Source of the DNA: Dehalococcoidia bacterium
GTDB taxonomy: Bacteria; Chloroflexota; Dehalococcoidia; Plut-88900
Length of the DNA stretch: 64,000 nt
Assembly: GCA_965197645.1 (NCBI GenBank)
Contig: OZ240219.1
Coordinates: 2,624,001 to 2,688,000, forward strand
Direction of reading: 5' to 3'
The position numbers and the translations under genes were made by a program. A model generated the notes under the pieces. It saw only the letters and a list, made by a program, of their open reading frames with translations, ran no database searches and was not told the DNA's origin. Below, in pieces: positions 38,798 to 48,930 of this stretch (the first letter of the stretch is position 1; each line of letters opens with the position of its first letter).

Positions 38798-40090
38798 ATG
38801 ATCCCACGATATTCCAGGCCCGAAATGGCACGGGTCTGGTCCGATGAAAGCAAGTTCGACAAGTGGCTCCTGGTGGAGATAGCCGTGTGCGAGGCGTGGA
38901 CGGAAGAGGGCGTCATTCCCCCGGAGGCCACGGCCAAGATACGGAACGCCCGGTATGACCCGGATATATTCCAGGAGGCGCTAAAGGAAACCCACCACGA
39001 CATGACCGCCTTCCTCCGCTCGGTGTACCCCAGCCTCGGAGAAGAATCTCGGTACATTCATATGGGCCTCACCACCTCCGATGTGTGGGACACCGCCACC
39101 AGTCTCCAGATGGTGGATGCGGCCGATCTCCTGGCGAACGATCTGGACCTGCTGCTGGATGCCGTCGAGGCCAGGGCCAGGGAGCATAAAGATTCCATCA
39201 TGATCGGCAGGACCCACGGCGTTCACGCCGAGCCGGTCACCCTGGGGTTGAAGCTGGCGCTGTGGGCAGACGAGATCCGCCGCAACATCGAAAGGTTGAA
39301 GGACGCCAGGAGCGCCGTGGCAGTGGGCAAGATATCCGGTGCGGTGGGGACCTATGCCCTGGTGTCACCGAAGATCGAGGAACGGGTCTGCTCCAGTCTG
39401 GGAATTCGAGCGGCGCCTGTATCCAACCAGGTAATACAGCGAGACATCCACGCCCAGTACGTTATGACCTTGGCCCTGATCGCCGCATCCCTGGAGAAGT
39501 TCGCCACGGAGATAAGAAGCCTTCAACGCACGGAGATCCTGGAGCTGGAGGAACCCTTCGGCGCCGGCCAGACCGGTTCCTCGTCGATGCCTCACAAGCG
39601 CAACCCTGAGAAGTGCGAGCGGGTCTGCGGGCTGGCCAGATTGATACGGGGCTACGCCGTTACCGCCCTGGAGAACGTGGCGCTGTGGAACGAACGAGAT
39701 ATCAGCCATTCATCTACGGAGCGTATCATCCTGCCCGATGCCTGCCTGTCCCTGGACTACAGCCTGGACCTGCTGACCGGCATCATCAAGGGCTTGAAGG
39801 TGAACCTGAAGAACATGGAGCGGAACCTGGAGCTGACGCGGGGGCTCGCCTTCTCGCAGCGAGTATTGACCAGCCTGGTCGAATCAGGAACGGGGCGGGA
39901 GGAGGCCTACAAGATCGTACAGCGAAACGCGATGAAGGCCTGGAATGAGGACTTGGACTTCAGGCAGCTGCTCAGGGACGACCCGGAAGTATCCGCCATA
40001 ATGTCATTGGAAGAGTTGGAATCGTTGTTCGATTACCGGTTCTACGTGAGGCACGTAGACGAAGTATTCAAGCGGCTAGACCTGGAATGA
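38798..40090 (+). CDS. purB: Adenylosuccinate lyase
   Basis: GRTHGVHAEP, GSSSMPHKRNP, ERDISHSS. Confidence 0.96.
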   Translation: MIPRYSRPEMARVWSDESKFDKWLLVEIAVCEAWTEEGVIPPEATAKIRNARYDPDIFQEALKETHHDMTAFLRSVYPSLGEESRYIHMGLTTSDVWDTATSLQMVDAADLLANDLDLLLDAVEARAREHKDSIMIGRTHGVHAEPVTLGLKLALWADEIRRNIERLKDARSAVAVGKISGAVGTYALVSPKIEERVCSSLGIRAAPVSNQVIQRDIHAQYVMTLALIAASLEKFATEIRSLQRTEILELEEPFGAGQTGSSSMPHKRNPEKCERVCGLARLIRGYAVTALENVALWNERDISHSSTERIILPDACLSLDYSLDLLTGIIKGLKVNLKNMERNLELTRGLAFSQRVLTSLVESGTGREEAYKIVQRNAMKAWNEDLDFRQLLRDDPEVSAIMSLEELESLFDYRFYVRHVDEVFKRLDLE

Positions 40091-40101
40091 AGAGGGTATA
40101 G

Positions 40102-40977
40102 ATGACGACTATAGTTGAGACCCACCTGCCGAACATGGCCTATAGGGGCAAGGTGCGTGACACCTACGATCTGGATGAATACCTGCTGATGGTAGCCACC
40201 GATCGCATCTCGGCCTTCGATGTTGTGCTGCCCACGGGCATCCCGGGCAAGGGCGAAATCCTGTCCCGTCTCTCCGTTTTCTGGTTTGAGAAAACGGCCC
40301 ACCTGTTGCCCAACCACTATGTCGCCATGGCGACCGATGCGTCCGGTCTGACGGTTAGCCTCCCGGAGCTGGACGACGAGGTGGCAAAGCGGGCAATGGT
40401 GGTCAGGAAGGCAGAGCGTATCGACGTGGAATGCATAGTGCGGGGCTACATCACCGGCTCGGCCTGGGCCGAGTACAGGAAGCAAGGGACCGTGGGAGGT
40501 TCGCCCATGCCATCGGGGCTGCAGGACAGCCAGGAGTTCCCCCAGCCCCTTTTCACCCCCACCACCAAGGCCGAAACGGGCCACGACGAGAGCATAACCA
40601 TCGATGAGATGAAGGAGATGGTCGGGGCCGATCTGACGGAAGATCTCAGGGAGAAGAGCCTGCAGATCTACTCCTTCGCACGGCAGTTCGCCGCAACGAA
40701 GGGGATAATAATAGCCGATACGAAGATGGAGTTCGGGCTGATAGATGGACAGGTAACCTTGATAGATGAGGTGTTGACCCCCGATTCCAGCCGTTTCTGG
40801 GACGCCGAGCAGTATTCGCCGGGCAGATCTCAGCCCAATTTCGATAAGCAGTTCGTTCGGGACTGGCTGATCGAATCGGGATGGGACCGGGAACCCCCGG
40901 CCCCGCCTCTACCGGACGACGTTGTGGAGAGAACGGCGGAACGCTACTGGGAGGCTTTCCGCAGGTTGACAGGCTAG
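40102..40977 (+). CDS. purC: SAICAR synthase
   Basis: GKVRDTY, TDRISAFD, DTKMEFG, DEVLTPDSSRFW, DKQFVRDW. Confidence 0.96.
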   Translation: MTTIVETHLPNMAYRGKVRDTYDLDEYLLMVATDRISAFDVVLPTGIPGKGEILSRLSVFWFEKTAHLLPNHYVAMATDASGLTVSLPELDDEVAKRAMVVRKAERIDVECIVRGYITGSAWAEYRKQGTVGGSPMPSGLQDSQEFPQPLFTPTTKAETGHDESITIDEMKEMVGADLTEDLREKSLQIYSFARQFAATKGIIIADTKMEFGLIDGQVTLIDEVLTPDSSRFWDAEQYSPGRSQPNFDKQFVRDWLIESGWDREPPAPPLPDDVVERTAERYWEAFRRLTG

Positions 40978-41036
40978 AGCATATGGTGGGATACTGGACG
41001 AGTAGTACGTAATTTATTTCACACAGAGAGGTACTT

Positions 41037-41678
41037 TTGGCGAGGAGAAGAGGCGGCCCAACTCCGCCACCCATCCCATCTTTTTGGCAACGCTATAGAT
41101 GGTTCATCTTCGGCGGCATTGGCCTGTTCTTCATCATAAGCGTAATCGCTCCGGCCCTTGGCAACCCGCCAGAGACGGAAGAGGAGGAGGGGACAACCGA
41201 CCCAACGGACGGAGCTCCCCAATTGCTGGTCGGAGAGCTGTACTTTCAGGCCGTGGCAATCGATAGCCGGGAGCACATCCCCGTCGGGCAGGCAGCTCGC
41301 TCCTATTCCAGCAATCCTCCCACCTCCGGGCCTCACTGGAACGCGGTGGGTATTGCGCCAACACCCTGGGGCCTAAAGGCGGACGTAATTCCGGACGAGG
41401 CTCTGGTGCACAATCTGGAGCACGGCGGCATAGTCATCCACTACCAGACTACCGCCCCTCAGAACCTCATCGATCAGCTCACTAGCTTCGTTCAAAGCCA
41501 GGCCAATTTCCCCAACGGATATGTTCTGGCCCCGCGAGAAGCCTTGCCCGCCACCATCACCCTGAGCGCGTGGGAATACTATCTCCCTCTGTTCCAGTTT
41601 AACGAGCAGCAGATGCGGGCCTTCGTAAGCGCCCACTACGATCAGGGGCCGGAGACTCTGGACGGCCAACTCAAGTAA
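41037..41678 (+). CDS. DUF3105-like membrane-anchored protein
   Basis: N-terminal TM helix; YSSNPPTSGPHW, VHNLEHGG, GPE. Confidence 0.78.
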   Translation: MARRRGGPTPPPIPSFWQRYRWFIFGGIGLFFIISVIAPALGNPPETEEEEGTTDPTDGAPQLLVGELYFQAVAIDSREHIPVGQAARSYSSNPPTSGPHWNAVGIAPTPWGLKADVIPDEALVHNLEHGGIVIHYQTTAPQNLIDQLTSFVQSQANFPNGYVLAPREALPATITLSAWEYYLPLFQFNEQQMRAFVSAHYDQGPETLDGQLK

Positions 41679-41698
41679 GAGCTAGGCCGAACCTAGCC

Positions 41699-41953
41699 AT
41701 GTTTCTGGCCAAGGTTTTCGTCACGCTAAAGCCGACAGTGAACGACCCCCAGGGACTCACCATCCTGGGGGCTCTTCATTCTCTGGGGTTTTCCTCCGCC
41801 AAATCGGTACGGGCCGGGAAGTACATGGAGGTACGGCTGGAGGGTTCAGATCTCTCGGGAGCCGAGGCGGAGGTGGAGCAGATGGGCCAAAAGCTGCTGG
41901 CGAACCCGGTCATCGAGGACTTTCGGTTCGACCTGGAGCGGATCGCAGACTAG
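41699..41953 (+). CDS. purS: FGAM synthase subunit PurS
   Basis: DPQG, VRAGKY, LLANPVIE. Confidence 0.93.
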   Translation: MFLAKVFVTLKPTVNDPQGLTILGALHSLGFSSAKSVRAGKYMEVRLEGSDLSGAEAEVEQMGQKLLANPVIEDFRFDLERIAD

Positions 41954-41978
41954 CTAGCTGATATCCTGCCTCTGACTC

Positions 41979-42360
41979 TTCCTCCCGCCCACCCCGGATT
42001 GCTTAGCTGCCGTCGACTCCCCTCTGAACAAACTCCCCCGTCGCTGGCAACGACGGCATCGTCATTGCGAGACTCGACGAAGTCGGGGCCTGGCAATCCC
42101 GCCATATCTCACCGTTGATCCGGCGGATACGGCCTCTTGAGGACTAACAATGCGTGGGAGGGATGCGGAGGGGTTCTGCTCCTCTGCACACCCCCACGTA
42201 CCTTGACCTCAACCAGAGAGTCCAGAGGGTTTCCCTCTGGCAGGGGGGTTGGGGGATGTCCCCCCAAGTCCAAAATCGTCTCAGGGTGGGTAGGAGGGCA
42301 GAATCACCTGGGGCAAGGGCCTTCCCGGCAGAAAAGGGGCCAGGGGGTATGGTCGAAAGA
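41979..42360. repeat. Cluster of REP-like elements (family C 41997-42098; hairpin 42153-42198; family A 42218-42360)
   Basis: Direct matches to 22274-22395 (reverse complement), 661-752, and 51410/52334 (reverse complement). Confidence 0.8.
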
Positions 42361-42376
42361 GGTTTTCGACGCCCCG

Positions 42377-42982
42377 CTATGTCCCGCTTTCGATGACGCC
42401 CTTGGTGCTGGGCACCTGCCCCGAAATCCTGGCGTCCACCTGGGTTGCAGCGTCCAGGGCCCGGGCCAGGGCCTTGAACAGCGCCTCGATCTTGTGATGA
42501 TCGTTGAGGCCGGCGAGGAACTTGGCGTGCAGGCTAAACCTCCCCTCCGCGGCAAAGGTCTCCAGAAAATGACGAGCCATATCGGGCAGCAGGTCGCCGA
42601 TCTTTTCTACGCCAAAGGGCATGTCGACCACAGCGTAACCCCTGCCACCCACGTCCACGGCAACCATTGCCAACGCCTCGTCCAGCGGCACCACGGCGTG
42701 GGCCATCCGGGTGATCCCCTTGCGGTCGCCCAGCGCCTGACCGAAGGCCTGTCCCAACACTATGGCTATGTCCTCCACGACATGATGGCCGTCAGGATCG
42801 CTGGTAGCGGTGGCCGTAACCACGAGATCGAAGGTGCCGTGGCGGGCTAGCTGGGACAGCATGTGGTCCAGCATGGAGATGCCGGTGTCCACCTCGTTGC
42901 GCCCACTCCCATCGAGGCTGACCTCGACCGAGACCTGGGTCTCACCGGTGGACCTCTGGAGAGATGCGGATCGATCAGCCAC
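42377..42982 (-). CDS. hisB: Imidazoleglycerol-phosphate dehydratase (monofunctional)
   Basis: DHML, HHVVED, PLDEAL, NDHHKIEALFKA, PSTKG. Confidence 0.95.
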   Translation of the reverse strand: MADRSASLQRSTGETQVSVEVSLDGSGRNEVDTGISMLDHMLSQLARHGTFDLVVTATATSDPDGHHVVEDIAIVLGQAFGQALGDRKGITRMAHAVVPLDEALAMVAVDVGGRGYAVVDMPFGVEKIGDLLPDMARHFLETFAAEGRFSLHAKFLAGLNDHHKIEALFKALARALDAATQVDARISGQVPSTKGVIESGT

Positions 42983-44099
42983 CGGACTCCCCTTCTATGG
43001 TCCTCAACACATCCATCACTATGTCCGTCTGCTCGGGGGTGCCGACGCTTATCCTGACGAAGTTGCGGAGCAACGGAGTGTCGAAGTACCGGATGTGGAT
43101 CTGTCTCTCCTTGAGCTGCTGGTGAAGAGCCTCGGCGTCCATGCCGAGCACCTCGCACATTATGTAGTTGCCCTGAGAGGGAATCGGCCGGAGGAGCTTT
43201 AGCTGGGTTAAGAGGGAGTGCATACGGTCTCGTTCCCGGACGATCTTCTGCACGTTCCCGAGGAGGTAGTCCAGGTCGTTCAACGACTCGATGCCGGCTC
43301 TCTGGGCCATGGTGCTGAGATTGTAGGGCATCTTGATCCTGGAGAGACAGGCAGCAACTTCAGGCGAGAAGACTCCATAGCCGATGCGAATGCCCGCCAG
43401 GCCGGCCCACTTGCTGAAGGTGCGTATCACCATGAGATTGTCATATCGAGAGACCAACGGCACGGCCGATTGGCCGCAGAACTCATAGTACGCCTCGTCG
43501 ACGATAACAGCCACACCGGTTTCCAGCAGCTGGGTTATCTCCGCATCCGTCACCGAGTTGCCGGTGGGATTGTTGGGAGACGTGATGAACACCATCTTTG
43601 TCCTGTCGTCTATGGCGTCCCGGATGGCTTCCACGTCCAGATCGTAGCTGGGGGTCCGTGCGACGTTTATCTCTTGGGCGCCGCTCACGTCCACGATGAA
43701 CTTGTACATACCGAAGGTGGGCGGGCAGTTGATCACCTTGTCGCCCGGCTCCAGCAGCAGTTGCGCTATCAGGCCCAGGAGCTCGTCCGCGCCGGCGCCG
43801 GCAACGATGCGCTCCGCTCCGACACCCACGTAGTCGGCGAGGGCGGCCCGCAGCTCACGATGGTTCGGATCGGGGTACAGGTGAAACAGGCTCTCATCGT
43901 CGAATATGCCACGAATCTTGGGGGAGCTGCCGTAGGGGTTTTCGTTGCCGTCCAGCTTAACAATCCGGGCCGGCGGAGCTTCCTTGGCCCCGCCAGAGTC
44001 CGACTTCTCGGCCGGCTGCACCCCTCGATATCCCACAAGGTCCCGAAGGTGGGGCCGTACCAGTTTCATCACTCCAGATTCGGTATTACGGGCGGTCAT
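42975..44099 (-). CDS. hisC: Histidinol-phosphate aminotransferase
   Basis: KLDGNENPYG, SPNNPTG, DEAY, RTFSKWAGLAGIR. Confidence 0.93.
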   Translation of the reverse strand: MTARNTESGVMKLVRPHLRDLVGYRGVQPAEKSDSGGAKEAPPARIVKLDGNENPYGSSPKIRGIFDDESLFHLYPDPNHRELRAALADYVGVGAERIVAGAGADELLGLIAQLLLEPGDKVINCPPTFGMYKFIVDVSGAQEINVARTPSYDLDVEAIRDAIDDRTKMVFITSPNNPTGNSVTDAEITQLLETGVAVIVDEAYYEFCGQSAVPLVSRYDNLMVIRTFSKWAGLAGIRIGYGVFSPEVAACLSRIKMPYNLSTMAQRAGIESLNDLDYLLGNVQKIVRERDRMHSLLTQLKLLRPIPSQGNYIMCEVLGMDAEALHQQLKERQIHIRYFDTPLLRNFVRISVGTPEQTDIVMDVLRTIEGESGG

Positions 44100-44107
44100 A
44101 AACTCCT

Positions 44108-45448
44108 TTATGCGCCTCGCCGGACGGCGTCCCGCGTCCTGGACTCGACGGACCGTGCGTGGGCCTCCAGTCCCTCTGACCTGGCTATGGTGGAGGCGGG
44201 TCCGATCAACGGCGCCGCTTCCCGGTCGGATAGTGATACCACCGACGTAACCTTTAGGAAATCATTCACGCCGAGAGCCGAGCTGTACCGGGCGGCCCCC
44301 GCCGTCGGCAGGGCGTGGCTGGGGCCTGCTACGTAGTCCCCGAGAACGTGGGGCGAGTCCTCGCCCAGGAACAGGGCGCCGGCGTTTTCCACCAGGGAAA
44401 CGTATCTCTCAGCATCTCGTATCAGAAGACACAGATGTTCTGGGGCGTACAGGTTGGAGAGGTGGACCGCCTGCTCGATGGTAGCTATCAGTATGATGGC
44501 GCCGTTGGCCTCCAGGGATGACCGAAGAATCGACTCTCGAGAGGCCATGCCCAGCTGTCTTTCCACCTCGGCGTCGACGTCGGAGGCCAGGCGGGCCGAA
44601 GTGGTGATGAGGATAGAAGTAGCCTGGGGATCGTGCTCCGCTTGGGCCAGAATATCGGCGGCGCACCCCTCGGGATTGGTGCTATCGTCGGCTACTAGGA
44701 CGGCTTCCGTCGGGCCCTGGATGGTATCTATCCCGACCGTGCCGAATACCTGGCGCTTGGCCTCCTGCACGAAGACGTTGCCGGGCCCGAATATCTTGTC
44801 CACGGCCGGGACCGTTTCGGTGCCAAGGGCCATGGCGGCGATGGCCTGGGCTCCGCCAAGCTTGAACACCCTGTCCGCCCCGGCGATTTCGGCGGCGGCC
44901 AGCACTACGGGAGCAACGGCGCCGTCCGGTCCGGGAGGTGTGGCGAGAACGATTTCCCCTACTCCGGCAACCCTGGCGGGGACCGCCGTCATCAGGACGG
45001 TGGAGGGGTATATCGCTCTACCGCCTGGCACATAGAGACCCGCTCGGTTGATGGCGGTTACCCTCTGGCCCAGACCGTCCCGGTGGTAGTCTCTGAGGCC
45101 GTTCTCTCTTGCGTCCTTTTGATAGGACTCGATACGCTGGGCCGCCAGCTCAAGAGATTCCATCAGGTCGCCAGGGACGTTCTTGGAGGCGTCGATACGC
45201 TCGGCATCGGTAACTTCGAGCTTGTCCATGTCCAGGCCGTCGATGCGACGCATATAGTCCAGGACCGCCCAGTCACCGAGCTGGGCAACATCGCGAATGA
45301 TCCGGGATACCGCCTCCTGGACACTCAGCTTCCGGCCGAAGACCCTTTCGATGCCGCCGGAGAGCTCCGGGCTCAGGGGCTCATCGTGCAGCGCAGATGT
45401 CCGGGTTAGGAACTCCTTGGCAGGCTCGAAACCCTTGATCAACCTCAA
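44108..45448 (-). CDS. hisD: Histidinol dehydrogenase
   Basis: GLYVPGG, GGAQAIAAMA, GPGN, QAEHD, APEHL; TTG at 45448 overlaps the upstream stop (TTGA). Confidence 0.93.
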   Translation of the reverse strand: MRLIKGFEPAKEFLTRTSALHDEPLSPELSGGIERVFGRKLSVQEAVSRIIRDVAQLGDWAVLDYMRRIDGLDMDKLEVTDAERIDASKNVPGDLMESLELAAQRIESYQKDARENGLRDYHRDGLGQRVTAINRAGLYVPGGRAIYPSTVLMTAVPARVAGVGEIVLATPPGPDGAVAPVVLAAAEIAGADRVFKLGGAQAIAAMALGTETVPAVDKIFGPGNVFVQEAKRQVFGTVGIDTIQGPTEAVLVADDSTNPEGCAADILAQAEHDPQATSILITTSARLASDVDAEVERQLGMASRESILRSSLEANGAIILIATIEQAVHLSNLYAPEHLCLLIRDAERYVSLVENAGALFLGEDSPHVLGDYVAGPSHALPTAGAARYSSALGVNDFLKVTSVVSLSDREAAPLIGPASTIARSEGLEAHARSVESRTRDAVRRGA

Positions 45449-46197
45449 TCCAGGTACTCTCCCAGGATACTGACGAACCGATCGATGGCCTGGTTGCGAA
45501 AGTCGGATATCACCTGCTCTGGAACGTGGGACTTGCCGCGCTGCCGTAACGATTGCACGTCGTCGACCACGGAGTCCAAGGTCTGTTGATCGTCTTTCAG
45601 GTGCCTGGGCAGCCCCCTCCGAGCGAACCACCGGAAGTGATCCCAGGTCATTTCCTGTGAGCTGCGTTCATGGACTATCTCTCGCCACTTGCGCAGGACA
45701 TCCCGGTCGATGAAGCTTATCTCCACTTCCCGCTCACTCTCTTTCAGCAGGCCCAGCACGTCATCGATGGGGCCAAGGAGCTTGCGTTCCCTCTGGTCCA
45801 TCTCGAACTGGACGACCCGGTCAATCACGTTTCGCATGGGGTCGTCTGCTATGGAGGACGCAGAGCCGAAGTAGGGCCGGTATACGTCCACTATCCAGGT
45901 TTCGTCCGTGACCAGGTGGGACATGTAGCCGGCGATGAAGGACTTGGTGTCGCGGCCCAGTTTGCCGATCTCCGTCAGCTCGGGATGGTGCTTGAACAGG
46001 CCCTCGATCCCCTTGCCGGGGCTATCGCTATCCAGGTGAAAGAAGTGGGTGTCGTACCTGTCCCATCCCGTCATGTTTCGGATGTCGGGCGAGGTGGACC
46101 CCAGCAAAAAGCTGCCCATCCGATTGTTGAGCACTGGGTGGTCCAGCCGTCTGGCCGCCTCCTGGGCGAAGGACATGTGTAGCGAGATGTTGGGCAT
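45445..46197 (-). CDS. Zinc-dependent phospholipase C/P1-nuclease-fold protein
   Basis: N-terminal MPxxxxH, GSTSPD, THF, GYMSHLVTD. Confidence 0.75.
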   Translation of the reverse strand: MPNISLHMSFAQEAARRLDHPVLNNRMGSFLLGSTSPDIRNMTGWDRYDTHFFHLDSDSPGKGIEGLFKHHPELTEIGKLGRDTKSFIAGYMSHLVTDETWIVDVYRPYFGSASSIADDPMRNVIDRVVQFEMDQRERKLLGPIDDVLGLLKESEREVEISFIDRDVLRKWREIVHERSSQEMTWDHFRWFARRGLPRHLKDDQQTLDSVVDDVQSLRQRGKSHVPEQVISDFRNQAIDRFVSILGEYLD

Positions 46198-46222
46198 TCT
46201 TACACTAAAGCGAGACCGGCCC

Positions 46223-47245
46223 CTAAGACTCGACCTGCTTGATCAGGTTGCACAGGATTCCGGTGGCGCCCTTCTCCCGAAGACGGGCCCTGACCTGGAG
46301 GTAGCGGGACTTGGGCACGGCGATGTTGACTGCATAGCCGATGGTCCTGCGGTCGACGTCGAGGAGCTCCGCCACGGTGGGGCCTTTGAGAGCCAGACGC
46401 TCCTGCTTGAGAAACATCAGGATGCGATCTAGGTCATCAGAGTCCACGTTGAATTTGACGTCGTAGTGTTTCCTGCCGTTGATGACTCCGCTCAGCAGCT
46501 CGCCAACCTCGGTCACCTTATCGGCCTTCCACGGGTCTTCGACTATGTTTCGTCGGGAGTACAGCCCCGCGGACGATTTCATTATCACTTCCAGCTTCAC
46601 GCCCCCTGCCCGCTGCAAGCTGGTCCCGGACTGTGTGTTGTCCACTATGGGGAAGCCCCGTCCGAGATACGCTTCGGTGGCGCCCTGAGAGTGGATGATC
46701 TGCACCTTGTCGTTGTCACCCTCCACGTAGCCAAAGACCTCGGTCTTGGGCGTCAGGCCTGGGTAGAGCTCTTGATAGCCATCGTTGTCCATCAGGTAGT
46801 TTCGGGTAAGGATCGGGTACTCGGTGTAGAAGGTCTGCGGCTCTTCATGATCCCGGGCCTGGAACAACAGCCCGGTAAGGTCCGCTATCCCCGAGTCCTT
46901 GGGAACGGCGACTACGACCTGGACGTTGCCATACTCCAGATCGACGATTTTGGTGAACTCGCCCGCTCCGCCGGGCCAGTTGTATATGCAGTCGTCGCCG
47001 GTGATGCTGAGGTCCAGCAGGCCACGGCTCAGGTCTCCGGGCACGTTGGCCGCCTTTACCAGGTGGGGGGATATCTCGTCATCGTTGAGGATGGCCAGCT
47101 GGCTCCGGTGTTCCCGCCCGGCCGCGTACCCGACGATGTCATAGCCGGCGTCGATGAACAGACCCTCGGTATCGCCTCTACCCGGAGTGTTCAGGCTGCC
47201 GCTGGGCAGACCCAGGTGCAGTTTGTTATTGTTATCGGATCCCAT
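46223..47245 (-). CDS. hisG: ATP phosphoribosyltransferase, long form, divergent
   Basis: LGLPSGSL, DLSITGDD, DLEYG, TEYP, GATE, IVDNTQSGTSL; C-terminal regulatory domain; at the head of the his genes. Confidence 0.8.
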   Translation of the reverse strand: MGSDNNNKLHLGLPSGSLNTPGRGDTEGLFIDAGYDIVGYAAGREHRSQLAILNDDEISPHLVKAANVPGDLSRGLLDLSITGDDCIYNWPGGAGEFTKIVDLEYGNVQVVVAVPKDSGIADLTGLLFQARDHEEPQTFYTEYPILTRNYLMDNDGYQELYPGLTPKTEVFGYVEGDNDKVQIIHSQGATEAYLGRGFPIVDNTQSGTSLQRAGGVKLEVIMKSSAGLYSRRNIVEDPWKADKVTEVGELLSGVINGRKHYDVKFNVDSDDLDRILMFLKQERLALKGPTVAELLDVDRRTIGYAVNIAVPKSRYLQVRARLREKGATGILCNLIKQVES

Positions 47246-47416
47246 GTGACCGTCTTCCGGCAGCTATTCTACCGTATTGAGCGCAGGCCATTCAATGAAG
47301 ACGCGGAACCGTGTCCGCTTGCCGGCCCACAGTTGAGTCGCTCCGGAGAGCCGGTGTCCATCAGTTGATAGCGGACTTTGGCTTAAGGCGTCGCTCCCAG
47401 GAGTTCGGGGTGCTCG

Positions 47417-47833
47417 TTACCTGGCGGCCAGGAACTCGAACTCTACGAAGAACCCGGGTCGGGCCAGGGCATGGATTACCCGCAGAGTGCCGGCGGCCGG
47501 CTTGGGGTCTACGTCTTTGAAGGCATCGGCCCAGACCTGGAAGATGCCGTCCCGGTGCACGTCCAGGTCTACGTCCTTGGTCACGGTGATCTCCACTCGT
47601 ATGACGTCGTGCACGGACCAGCCTTCTTGATCGAGCATTCCCACCAGGCTATCGAAGACTCCCTGGGTCTGCCCGACGGGATCATCGGGATGGCGGCAGC
47701 TGCCGTCGGGGTCGCTGTCCACCTGGCCGGTCAGTATGAAGATCTCCTTGAAATCGGAGACTTTGAGTCCCCAGTTGAAGTTGGAGCTTCGATCGGGAGC
47801 GGTGTGGCACGGCACGGCGGTTTTCACGGCCAT
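47417..47833 (-). CDS. Rid-like protein
   Basis: LTGQV, ALARPGFFVEFEFLA. Confidence 0.72.
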   Translation of the reverse strand: MAVKTAVPCHTAPDRSSNFNWGLKVSDFKEIFILTGQVDSDPDGSCRHPDDPVGQTQGVFDSLVGMLDQEGWSVHDVIRVEITVTKDVDLDVHRDGIFQVWADAFKDVDPKPAAGTLRVIHALARPGFFVEFEFLAAR

Positions 47834-47872
47834 GGGGTTACCTCCTTCATTTACTCATCTGGTTAATCGCTG

Positions 47873-48859
47873 TTATGTCAATTGGTGCAGCACCTCTTCG
47901 ACACACCTTTTGAACTGGCCCTGCTGGTCCCACGATGGGAAGCGGAGCAGGATATCGGTGGCGCCGGCGTCGATGAACCCCTGGAGCTGCTGGACACATT
48001 GCTGGGGTGATCCGCAGGCCACCCATCCTTCCACCACGTCGCGGGGATACTTCTGGGGGGTATAGTACTGCTCCAGGTAGTCGGTGGACTCTCTGATGGC
48101 CTCTTCCCGGTCGTCGTTGATGTTGATGTTGTAGTAGAGGGCGCATGGAAGGTCGCTGAAATCGCGTCCCTCCTCTGTGGCATAGCCAAGGATCCGCTCT
48201 CTCAGGCCGGCGAACCGTGCGGCGGGGTAGGCAGTGGTCAGCCAGCCATCGCCCAGCCGGGCTACGCGGCGTAGGTTCCGTTCTACGATCCGTTTTTTGC
48301 CTTCCTCCGGCGGGTCTCCCACCATCCAGATAGGTGGGGGAGTCTGTACCGGTTTCGGAAGCACGAAGGCATCCTTCAGAGTGTGGTACTTGCCCTCGTA
48401 GTCGACGCTATCTTCGGTCCACAGCCGACGCATGATGTGGATGCCCTCCTCCAGCCGGTGCCGGCGCTGGACGTTGGTGATGCCCATGTTGAACAGCTCC
48501 AGCCGGGCGAGGTTCTCCGATTCCGGAACGCCCATACAGGCGCCCATGATCATCCGTCCGTTGGAGAGGAGGTCCAGGCTGGCCCACTGGTAAGCGAGGA
48601 GAACGGGATGTCTAGAGGGGAAGCTCGCCATGCACGCCGGGCCTATCCTCACACGATTGGTACGAGCGGCGATGGCCGCCATCAGGGTGAGGGACTCCAT
48701 GCGGGGCTTGGCCATGATCTGGTCGCCCACCCAAACGTGGTCGAAAACGCCGGCTGCTTCGGCCTTCTCGGCCATCTCCAGCATCTCGGTAGGGTTGGTG
48801 AGTCCCAGGACGACGCCCCGGTTGGAAAGAGTCAGTCCGAATCTGGCTTTATTTGCCAT
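47873..48859 (-). CDS. LLM-class flavin/F420-dependent oxidoreductase
   Basis: FDHVWVGD, AIAART, WASLDLLSNGR, PKPVQTPPPIW. Confidence 0.9.
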   Translation of the reverse strand: MANKARFGLTLSNRGVVLGLTNPTEMLEMAEKAEAAGVFDHVWVGDQIMAKPRMESLTLMAAIAARTNRVRIGPACMASFPSRHPVLLAYQWASLDLLSNGRMIMGACMGVPESENLARLELFNMGITNVQRRHRLEEGIHIMRRLWTEDSVDYEGKYHTLKDAFVLPKPVQTPPPIWMVGDPPEEGKKRIVERNLRRVARLGDGWLTTAYPAARFAGLRERILGYATEEGRDFSDLPCALYYNININDDREEAIRESTDYLEQYYTPQKYPRDVVEGWVACGSPQQCVQQLQGFIDAGATDILLRFPSWDQQGQFKRCVEEVLHQLT

Positions 48860-48930
48860 GAGCTATTCCTTTGCTTTCTCCGACACATCCTGGGACTCCA
48901 GGACGGGCGTTATCCTTCCGTGCGCTGACC

